Assembly: GCA_030390025.1 (NCBI GenBank)
Contig: JASTWF010000369.1
Location: forward strand, 1 to 64,000
Length of the DNA: 64,000 bases
Direction: 5' to 3'
Origin: Squalus acanthias
Taxonomy: Eukaryota
Shown: piece by piece, positions 49,730 to 60,474 of the stretch
Layout of the letters: each line of letters opens with the position of its first letter
Position numbering within the stretch: the first letter of the stretch is position 1
Notes under the pieces: model-generated
What the model was told of the DNA's origin: nothing
Databases searched by the model: none
What the model saw: the letters and a program-made list of their open reading frames with translations, nothing else
Translations under genes and position numbers: made by a program

Positions 49730-50044
49730 TAACACTGACTGGCTTGCTCGGCCATTTCAGAAGGCAGTTAAGGATCAATCACGTTGCTGTGGGTCTGGAA
49801 TCACATATTGGCCAGGGCAGCTAAGGACGGCAGATATCCTTTCCTGAAGGACATTAGTTTTTACGACAATCCAGTAGTTTCATGGTTACCATAACTGATA
49901 CTAGCTTTTTATTCCAGATTTATTTAATTAACTGAATTTAAATTCCCCAGCTGCCGTGGTGGGAATTGAACTCACGGCTCTGTATCATTAGCCTAGGCCT
50001 CTGGATTACTAGCCCAGTGATAACAACGCTACGCTACCGTTCCC
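49730..50044 (-). mobile_element. tRNA-derived SINE head (A and B boxes) plus Deu-type conserved domain, directly 5' of the LINE ORF
   Basis: A-box-like TAGCGTAGCGT (50026-50036), B-box-like AGTTCAATTCC (49962-49972); ATATGTGATTCCAGACCCACAGCAACGTG...CTGAAATGGCC resembles, from recall, the DeuSINE core. Confidence 0.7.
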
Positions 50045-50364
50045 TAATTATTTATAGACACTTACTTTTAAGTTCGTTTTAACTAAAAATACAATGACTT
50101 GCACTAAGCGCAACAGCACTGAACAAATGTTAAACACTTACTGTCTCAAGCTTACACGAATCTCTACAAGTATTAAAGGTAAAAAGCTGCTCCTCCTCCC
50201 CTATTCACCAAATTCCCACTCTCACCAAATCTTCAACTGCCCACTCTGTTTATGATGCACTCTTTGCTTCAGCTCGATTTGCTGAATTATTCGTTCAGTC
50301 TGCATGCATGTCCCTGATCTTCAAGTCGCTGACCACTTTACTTCTCCATCCCACTAGGACGCTG

Positions 50365-52410
50365 GCCGAAAAACAAAAAGTGCTGGAAACACTCAGCAGG
50401 TCAGGCAGCATCGAAGAGAGGTGAAACAGAGTCAACGTTTCGGGTCGAACCCTTCGTCGAGCTGAAAAAGTGTAGGGAGGAGAAATGTTTAAACATAAGC
50501 AAGGAGAAGAGGAGGAAAGAACAAAGCAAATCTCTGTGATGGGATGGAAGGCAGGAGAGATTGAACGACAAAAGGGATGATAGTGTGAGGCAAAAGGTAA
50601 TGGTACAAGTTAAGAAACAAAAGATGGCTCTTGACGATGTGTGGATGATGATGGCAGCAACGTTAACAGCTACCATATGAGGAAACAATACAACGAAAGA
50701 GAAGGAACTACAGGGGCAAGTTATAGTCTGAAATTGTTGAACTCGATGTTAAGTCCAGGAGGCTGTAATGTGTCGAATAGAAAGATGAGGAGCTGTTCTT
50801 CGAGCTTACGTTGAGCTTCGTTGGAACAATGTAAGAGGCCGAGGGCGGAGAGATCAGAGTGGGAGCGGAGGGGAGAATTAAAGTAACAGGCGACCGGAAG
50901 CTCGGGGTCACGCTTGCGGACTGAACGGAGATGTTTCGCAAAGCGGTCATCCAAACTGCTTTTGGTCTCCCCAATGCAGAGGAGACCGCTTCGTAAAGAG
51001 TGAACACAGTAATTTAACAAGTAGAAATAAATCGCTGTTTCACCAGGAAGGAGTATTTGGGGCCCTGGACGGTGGAAGGGAGGAGGTAAAAGGGCAGGTG
51101 TTGCATCTCCTGCGCTTGCTCGGGAATGTGCCAGGCGAAGCGGAAGGGGTGTTGGGGGTGATAGAGGAGTGGACCAGGGTGTCGCGGAGGGAGCGGTCCC
51201 TTCGGAATTCTGAAAGGGGGTGAGGGGAAGATGTGTTTGGTGGAGGGATCACGCTGGAGATGGCGGAAATGGCGCAGGATGATCCGTTGAATGTGGAGGC
51301 TGGTGGGGTGAAACGTGAGGACGAGGGGAAATCTATCGTGGTTCTGAGAGGGAGGGTAAGGGGTGAGAGCAGAAGTGCGGGAAATGGAACGGACACGGTC
51401 GATGGCCGTGTCAACCACGTTAGAGGGGAATCCTCAGTTGCGGGAAAAGAGAGACATACCGGAAGCACTGGTATGGAAGGTGGCATCCTCAGAACAGATG
51501 CGGTGGAGATAGAGAAACTAGTAGAATGGAATAGAGTCCTTACAGGAAGCGAGGTGGGAGGAAATGTAGTCCAGATAGCTATGGGAGTCAATGGGCTTGT
51601 AGTGGAGGTTGGTCGATAGCCTAGCCCCATATATGGAGACAGAGAAGTCCAGCAAGGGAAGAGAGGAATCGGAGATGGATCATGTGAAGGTGAGGGATGG
51701 GTGGAAATTGGAAGCATAGTGAATGAAATGTTCTAGTTCAGGGCGAGAGCAGGAAACAGCACCAATACAGTCATCAAGGACTCTGGCCTCTCTGTCGTTG
51801 GCCTCCTATACTGTTCCAATGCAGCTCAATGGAAGCTGGAGGAGTTAACATTGAGATCAACAAATGTGGATCATAACCATCGTTCCTATTTTTCGGACAG
51901 CACGTGCTGGTAACGAATCTGCTGTTGAACTTTACACCTCCTCTAGACCCATCTTTTGTTTCTTAACTGTACCCATTCGCACCACTTTGTGCTTTTCACC
52001 ATCCTTTCTTTTTTAATTTAATCAATCCTGCCCTTCACCCTATCACATGCCTTCCCTGTTGTTCTTTCCTAACGCGCATTTGTTGATCTCAATGTTAACT
52101 CCTCCAGCTTCCATTGAGCTGCATTGGAACAGTATAGGAGGCCAACGACAGAAAGCCCAGAGTCCTTGATGACTGTATTGGTGCTGTTTCCTGCTCTCGC
52201 CCTGAACTAGAACATTTCATTCACTATGATTGGCTGGCTCTGTACTTGCTTATGTGATAAATATTCAACCTCTTCCAGTTCTGATGAAAGGTCATCGAGC
52301 TGAAAAGTTAACTCTGTTTCACTCTCCAAAAATGCTAGCTGACCTGCTGCGTTTTCCCAACATTTTCTGCTTTTATTCCAGATTTCCAGCATCTGCAGTA
52401 TTTTAGTTTT
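50365..52410 (-). mobile_element. Penelope-like element (RT end to GIY-YIG, minus) with an inverted 3' segment (51780-52410, plus) and decayed hammerheads at both ends
   Basis: GIY-YIG ORF 50721-51020; hammerhead-like motifs at 50430-50465 (minus) and 52277-52313 (plus). Confidence 0.85.
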
Positions 52411-53062
52411 GTGTTTGTGTTATGGTGCCAGGCTGGGAGTGAGGGATCCGGGGCTGTCAATCAGACTGAAGTTGCGGGACTGGCTGTGATGGAGCCCTGG
52501 TCTGTCGCTCGGACTTTGAGGCAGCGGGTGATTATTAGAGAGGCCCGGGGCTGTTCGTTGCATTGTGCGGTAATGGTGCAGCGAATGAGTAAGCCGGCTG
52601 TCAATTAGACTGAAGGGGAGGGGCTGAGTAGGAGGAATCCTGCCGGAAATCAGACTTTATGGGCACGGGGCTGTCAATTGGGCCCGTCTCTACTCTGCAC
52701 ACAGACAATGATCAAGGGCTGCCAATATCTCCCTGTGAGGTTCATTGAAATCAGAAATGAGGGAAAATGAAAACTGCATTTAGGTAGTCGGGGTAGGAGA
52801 ATTAGAGTATGAGAGGGGAGAGCTGATCTGGGTCGAATGGATATTTCTCTGGCTTCAGATTGCAGGCCGTGTAAACAAATCTGACCAAAAAGAACCCCCA
52901 ACCATCACATCCCCATTATTCAGCTTCTTGCCCCTCGTACATAGATGTCATCATCCCACCAACAAGAGGACCAGGTACATGCACACACATGAGCACACAC
53001 ACATACCTGCAAACATGTATATACACACATAGACATATGTACAGACGCATAAATGCATACAC

Positions 53063-53583
53063 TGTAAGCATTTAAAGAGTTAATAGCTATTTGCTGAACA
53101 AGCAGTATTTTTGTGGAAGAATTAGTTTTGATCTTGAATGCATCTTGTTATTGATTAAAACTAATATGTGCGCAAAGATGATAAATAGTTAAGTGAGTCT
53201 GATGCAACTGAACTTATGATGTGTTGAAATTGCAAGATAAGCAATTTAAAAACAATAGTTTAAACACAATTGGACTTTTTATGTCATATGATCTGAACTT
53301 TGGCGGATAAAAGAAGAAAGTTTGCGAACATTCAAGATCAGGGATAGAAGATCTACAAGGAATGTCAAGCTTGGACGTAATTCAGGCTAACGCCTAACAC
53401 TTACCTAGCTAAAGAAGAAGATGATACATGCTACTCTGTCCAGTGACTGAACGGCTAATAACCATTCAGAACAGTAAACTCGTGCCATCATACACAGAAA
53501 GGTAATAATCTCTGCTGTGTATACGAATAAAAGGTTCTCTGTAAACAATTGGTATCAAGTCCGAATCCTTAAGAATTCCTACA
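53063..53583 (+). mobile_element. Possible solo LTR
   Basis: Starts TGTAAG and ends CCTACA, AATAAA at 53526, sits inside a CA-rich tract; no TSD found. Confidence 0.4.
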
Positions 53584-54501
53584 GAGGCTCAAATACTTGC
53601 ACTCAGGCGCAGACACCTATAGACACAAGTTCATATGAACATACGCATATATTTACTCGAAGAAGAACAGGCTTTATTAATAGAATAGTTATTTTACTAT
53701 ACTAAAGCTAATGGTTACCTCTGCTTATGTTTATTACCCCATTCCCTAAAGTTAGATTTAATCATTCCTGGCTGACGTCATTACTGTCACTTATTTCCTT
53801 GCACAAACACTTTACGTATCAGAAGACAAACTATGCATTCCTCGCACGATAATTCAAAGCCAGCCTGTATATCTTCGATGAACATTTGTTCCAAGTTACA
53901 AAGAAATTCGACTATTAACCCTTTACTCCCCAAGATGTCCAACATACAGCTCTCCAGGATGTCCAACATATCCACCACATTATGTTAACTATACGCCAGT
54001 CCTCTGGCACTATACCTTTTCCTAATGAATTATTAAATATGTTTGGTAATGCCTCTGCTATCTCTTCCCCAGAATCTTTTAAAATGCGTGGATGCAACCC
54101 ACCGGCCATGGGGATTTATCCTCTTTGAGTTTGATTAGCTCAGTTAATATATCCACTCTTTTTATTTTAAAAGCACTTAGGTCATTACTAATCTCATTAT
54201 CCATGCCATATCCACCTGCTCTATCTCCCTGGTAAATACTGAAGCAAAATAATTATTTAATATTTACCACGCCGTTAAAAGGAGAAATACACTGGAATGG
54301 GCACGCCGTGCCTGTTCCTATCGAGTTTAGTCCGTATCGATGAGGTAGGTACAGTAATGTCACGTAGTTCAGTGAATTTGAATGCTGATGCAGACGGCAA
54401 GATGCCGTTTTCGGGAAGCACTTCGAGCAGCTGAGCGTCTTGTACAGCAACTTCCTGATTGCTGTGTTTAACTGCGCATGTGCGGTCACCAATTGTCCTG
54501 T

Positions 54502-55920
54502 CCATTTTGCACGTAAATAACGGTGACCGCTATTAGCCTCAATATTATTTCACAGCAAAATGCGGCCCGTTTTAATCTATCACACAGTCTCAGAATCTGC
54601 AGGACTGCGCTATAAGCACATATTTTACGATTACTTGCCAGCAGACAATGACCTTGCGCGGCATCAACACATAGCGGCCATTTATTTATCAATTACATAC
54701 AGTAACCTCACGTCATTCAATGTATTTGAATCTCTTGATGAGATACTATAATTGTGCCCCTTTTGGAGTAGCAGGGCATCACGGACAACAACGTCCTGAT
54801 TTCCGCGCTTAACTGCGCAGGTGCGGTCGCTGGAATTTGTTGCCCGAGTTCAGGCAGATAACGTTGAGCGCTGCTAGCGTCACCGTTTCTACTGTCGCAA
54901 AATCCGGTCCAAGTGGAATATGGCAGAATTATGGAGCGTTTTGTTTTATTTCTTCGGTGGCAGTAATAAATGTCCACAAAACATGCACATCCAAACAAAC
55001 AGATGATATTATTGGATCGAATGCAGGAGCAGTGATACCGTGAAACAGATGAATATTAAATGATTATAAGCGTCTTACCAGGAACGCCAATCCCTGAAAG
55101 AATCGTATAGTAAATGCTTTCTATCTGTCTGATTACCGGCTGTTACATTTCCGGGGAGAGGCGACCCTGTCTGTTCGTGTTGTGGACTCGCAGAACTTCT
55201 GTTTTCAAAACAAAATCGTATTTTTACCTGAGAGAAACATGAACAAGGGACACAAGAGCATTACTTAATGATTGCCATTGGGTACAGTCATTTGAACAAA
55301 CAGATTTTGCACATTGAAAGAGTAAAAAGCTTAGGATATTAATCTCACCATACATTGCAAACAAAATATTTCGCAATCTCCACTTGTACAATCATGGTAC
55401 AAGACTCTTTAAGCTGTGCATATTTATTCATAATTTTATACAAGGACATTTGATGTATTAAATGCACACATTTATTACATATAAATTATTATATATTAGC
55501 TGCATCTAGATCTTAAGTACATCAAGATGCCTCTTTATCTGCTCTAATATATGTTAAAACTAATTTATATCAAGCGGGTTCCATGGTGCAAGTGAGATCG
55601 AAGAACTTTCACAGATAAACACAGAAAGTGATACAGTCAGTTGTGTGCATCTGATCAGCAGAGAAGGTGAAATTTTGTAGGTAATAACTGACCTTGCGCG
55701 AAGGTCAAACAGGGCATAACAATTAGAATCTTAGAATGACACAACACGTGCCTGTGCCGGCTCTTTGAAAGAGATTTCCAATGAGACCCACTCCCCTGCT
55801 CTTTCCCCATTACCCTTCAAAATGTCCACTTGAAGGTTTCATCGAATTTACTTCTGAAAATTATTATTGATTCCGAATCCACCACCCTTTCAGGCAGGGT
55901 ATAACAGATCATAACAACTC
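54502..55920. repeat. Left arm of an inverted segmental duplication (partner 62527-64000, runs off the window)
   Basis: Continuous reverse-complement similarity covering intron start, exon 1, promoter and a CR1 3' end. Confidence 0.9.
55079..55148 (-). pseudogene. GPCR exon 1 copy with a stop at codon 2; no exon 2 found nearby
   Basis: ATG TAA CAG CCG GTA ATC AGA CAG ATA GAA...GTT CCT G|GTAAG; TATA box changed to TAAAAA. Confidence 0.85.
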
Positions 55921-58900
55921 GCTGCGATGTTTATCCCCTCATGTCGCCTCTGCTTCTTTTGCTAATTACCTTCGTTCATTTTCATGTTTCCCGACCCTGA
56001 TGCCACGGGAAACAGTTTCATCTTATTTCCTCTAAGAAAACCTTCATGATTTTTAACAGCTTTATCAAATCTCACTTTAGCTTCTCTGCTCTGAGGAGAT
56101 CAACCCCAGTTTCTTGCGTCATCCACGTAACTGGAGTCTCTGATCCCATAGAACCAGTTTTGTTAAATCTCATTTGCACCATCTTCAAGGCCTTGACATC
56201 TGTACTGAAGCGTGCTGCCCATAATAGGTGATAATACCTCAGCTAATTACTAACCAGAGTTTTATAATGATTCAGCTTAACTTGCTTGCTTTAAAGCTCT
56301 GTGCCTCTATTTAAAGAACCATGGGTCCTGTCTGCCTTTTTAGCAACCTGCTGAACTTCAAACACTTGTGTTTTTACAGCTACAGGTCCCGCTGTTCCTT
56401 TACTGCCTAAAAAAATTGTGCCATTTAGTTTTTATTGTCTCTCCTCATTCTTCCTACCAAAATGAATCACTTCACACTTCTCTGCGTTAAATTAAATCTG
56501 CCATTGGTCTAATTATTTCGCCAGTCTATCTGTGGCCTCCTAATGTATCTTACTATCCGCCTCACCATTTACAACATTTTAGAGTTTCGAGGCAACAGCA
56601 AACTTTGAAAGTATGCCCTGCATTTCCAAGTACAGCTCATTAATATATAACAAAACGTACAGCGGTCCCAACACCGATCCATGGCCGATGCACAACTACC
56701 TCCAGTCTGAAAAACAACCACTTACTCCAACTCTCTGCTTTACGTCCTTTAACCAAATTCGTATCTGCGCAGCCACTTCCCTTGTCATCCCATGGACTTA
56801 ATTTTTGCTAAAAAGTCTAATATGTGGTACTTGAAGAAATGCCTTTTAAAGTCTATATGGACAACATCAATCCCGCTACCTTCATCCACACACTTTATTA
56901 AAGTATTCAATCAAGTCAGTCAGAAGTGTCGAATGGATAACCCATCTCGGCCACCTCCTGAGGTTCCCACCATCAGAAAAGCCAGTCTTCAGCAGCCAAT
57001 TCGAATCACTCCACGTGATATCAAGAAACAGCTGAGCGCACTCGCTCCAGCAAAGGCTATCGGCCGCGACAACATCCCGGCTGTCGTGCTGAAGACTTGT
57101 GCACCAGAACTAGCTGCGCCTATAGCTAAGCTGCTCCAGTACAGCTAAAACACTGGCTCCTATCCGGCAATGTGGAAAACTGCCTAGTTATGTCCTGTCC
57201 ACAAAAAGTATGACAAATCCAATCCGGACAATTACCGCATAATCAGTCTACTCCCAATCATAAGCAAAGTGATGGAAGGTGTCGTCCACAGTGTTATCAA
57301 GCGGCACTTACTCAAAAATAACCTGCTCACTGGCGCCCAATTGGGTTCTGCTGGGACCACTCGTGGACAAAGGAGTTGAATTCCAAAGGTGAGGTGAGAG
57401 TGACTGCCCTTGACATCAAGGCAGCATTTGAACGAGTGCAGCATCAAGGATCTCTAGTAAAACTGAAGTCAATGATAATCGGGGTGAAATTTCTCCGCTC
57501 GCTGGAGTCATGCCTAGCACAAAGGAAGATGGTTGTGGTGGTTGGTGGTCAATCATCAGAGCCCCAGGACATCGCTGAAGGAGTTCCTCAGGGCAGTGTC
57601 CTAGGCCCAACCATCTTCAGCTGTTCATTAATGACATTCCCTTCAAAATAAGGTTAGAACTGGGGGTGTTCGCTGCTGATTGCACAGTGTTCAGTGCCAC
57701 TTGGACCTCCTAGGTAATGAAGCAGTCCATGTTCGCATGCAAAAAATGTGTAGAACATTCAGGCTTGGGCTGATAGGTGGCAGCTATTATTCGCGCCACA
57801 CAAGTGCCAGGTAGTGACTATTTCCAACAATCGAGAGTCTAACCATCACCCCTTGAAATTCAACGGCATTACCATCGCCGAATCCCCCACCATCAACATC
57901 CTGGGTGTCACCATTGACCAGAAACTCAATTGGACCAGCCACATAAATATTGTGGCATCAAGAAGAGGTCAGACGCTAGGTATTCTGCGGCGATTGTCTC
58001 ACCTCCTGACTTGACAAAGCCTTTCCATCATCTACAAGGCACAAGTAAGGAGTGTGATGGAATACTCTCCACTTGCCTGGATAAGTGCAGCTCCAACAAC
58101 ACTCAAGAAGCTCGACACCATCCAGGACAAAGCAGCCCGCTTGATAGGCACCATATCCACCTATTTAACATTCACTCCCTCCACTACCAGCGGTCCGTGG
58201 CTGCAGTGTGTACCATCTACATGATGCACTGCAGCAACTCGCTAAGGGATCTTTGGCAGCACCTCCCAAACCAGCGAAGTCTACCGCCTAGATGGACAAG
58301 TGCAGCAGGTGCATGGGAACACCTCCAGGTTCTGCTCCAAGTGCCACACGATCCTGAACAGGAAGTATATCGCCGTTCCTTCATCTTCGCTGGGTCAAAA
58401 TCCTGGAAATCCCTCTCCAACAGCACTGTGGGAGTACAATCCACCACACGGACTGCAGTGGTTCAGGAAAGCGGCTCTCCACCACGTTCTCAAGGGCAAT
58501 TATGGATGGGCAATTAATGTTGTCCTTGCCAACGGGGCAAGATCACATGCACGAATATATATATATAAAAAACACGATTTGCCTTTAAAAAATCCAAGCG
58601 GCCTTCATTTAATAATCCATATTTTTCCAATTGCAAAATATTATTTTCCGCCATTATTGCCTCTAAAACTTTCCCCACTTTGCGTTGTTAGGCTGACTGG
58701 CCTGTAGTTGCTAGGTTTATTCCGCTCCCCTTTCTTGAGCAGGGGAATAACATTGCAATCTCCCAGTCCTCTGGCACCACTCCCATATATAAGCATGACT
58801 GTAAGTTTATAGAAACATAGAAACATAGAATCTAGGAGCAGGAGTAGGCCATTCGGCCCGTCGAGCCTGCTCCGCCATTCAATACGATCATGGCTGATCT

Positions 58901-59390
58901 TCCAAATCCAGTACCCTGTCCCTGCTTTAATCCCCACAGTACACATATCCCACCCTACCCCCATAACCCCACGTATTTAATTCCCCCTAACATATCCCAT
59001 CCTATCCCCATAACCCCACATATTTAATCCCCCCTAACACTAAGGGTCAATTTATCATAGCCAAATCAACCTAACCCACGCATTAGAGCCTCCGCAATTG
59101 TCACCTTTCCTTCCCTCAGCCACCTAGATACATCCCGTCCGGGCCACGTAAAATTTGTAATTCGAGTATTGCCAGCTTTTTAATTACCTCCTCATTATTT
59201 TTATCTTATCCAATTTATCTACTGCTTCCATCTTTACTTTACATTGTCGGCATCCTCTTCTTCACTGAAGACAGCTGTAAACTACTCATTTACTGCCTCA
59301 GCCAAGGTCTCTGCCTCCACAAGAAGATATCCTTTTTGGTCCCTAATCGGCCCAGCCTTCCTCTTACTAACCTTTTACTACATGGGCCCT
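55725..59390 (-). mobile_element. Old CR1 3' portion with nested LINE (56918-58560) and SINE 3' fragment (about 58810-59085)
   Basis: CR1 3' end at about 55725; host sequence resumes after the insert (AAACACGATTTGCC); PSNYRPVSLT. Confidence 0.75.
56918..58560 (+). mobile_element. 5'-truncated CR1/L2-clade LINE (RT and 3' tail)
   Basis: ALDIKAAF, GVPQGSVLGP, LGVTIDQKLNW; homologous to 46810-48470. Confidence 0.85.
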
Positions 59391-59734
59391 TTTCTACACG
59401 AATGTCATTTGCACCTATTTTCTAAAACGGTTAGTCGTCCTTTATCATGAGCATTCCATTATTCCCGTGGCAGTGGTGCCGTTAACTCTGCAGACCTGAC
59501 AGTCAGTGTAAAAATAAATATCTAATCTGCATGGACTTCCTGTGTAACTGTGCGTGCCTTTGTTTGGAAATAAAGTAAGCAGTTAGAAAACGAGTTGTGT
59601 GCTGAAGAGTACCTTCCTTATTGTAAAGTTAATACACATTTATTGAAATTCGGCTGATTTAATCTCTGAGATTGCGGCACAAGTCAAGCACCTTTTAGTG
59701 GAAGGAGCCGCTGTAGATAAATATTAAAACATAT

Positions 59735-60474
59735 GGCCCAAAAATTTGTGTTGATACGCGAGAGTACGCACTGCGTACTCTCGCGTATTCTGTCTCCAAT
59801 TGCTGGTTTTCTGCATGCACTGCGCATGCGCTGAAAACCGGCACTTGGTGAATTGAAAAGGGGGCGGTTCCTAAGTGAACCGCGTGCGCGCTACAGGCTA
59901 CGCGCACGCAGTGCACTTAGTGCTTTCAACGCGCAGGTAAGTATGGAAGATTTTACACATAAAGAAAGGAGGAGTAAGAGCCACTTTTAACAAGGTAAGT
60001 AGTGAATTAAGTATTATTTTGAATTTTTTTTAACAGCTATATCTTTTTTAGAGACTTTAAAGACAGGTAACTTTATTTGTATAACTTTTTAAAAGATTTT
60101 AAATTTTTTCAAAAATTTAATTTTTTATTTAAAATGGTTAATTTATTTAACTATACTTATTTTATTAATGTGATGGTTTTTTTAATTTAATTGAGGTTTA
60201 GCTGTTCTTTTGGGGGGCTATAGTATTCATAGCTTTCACAGCACTTATGTGAAAGTTATGAATGGAAGATGGTGTGCTGCCATTGGCTCTAACTGAGTCA
60301 CGTGACCCCACAGCTCGCACAAATTAACTGCGCCTGTGGGATACGCAAGCCCAGCACAGCAGCTGTCCAGAACATTAAGTTCGTGCGAGCTGGAACTGAA
60401 AAAGCCAACGCGCAGTGAGAGATCGCGGGGAAGCCTTACCCTCGCACGAAGGCTTCCTCACGAATTTTTGGCCC
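59735..60474. mobile_element. 740-bp MITE-like element, inverted copy of 29793-30532
   Basis: TIRs GGCCCAAAAATT / AATTTTTGGCCC; near-identical over its full length. Confidence 0.85.

Noticed and set aside
49960..50044. tRNA gene
   Set aside because: A and B boxes are present but there is no convincing cloverleaf, and it continues into a SINE core.
23043..55148. Exon 1 at 55079-55148 as an alternative first exon spliced to exon 2 at 23042 (variable-exon array)
   Set aside because: Phase and strand fit, but it has a stop at codon 2 and a lost TATA; a gene duplicate that lost exon 2 is simpler.
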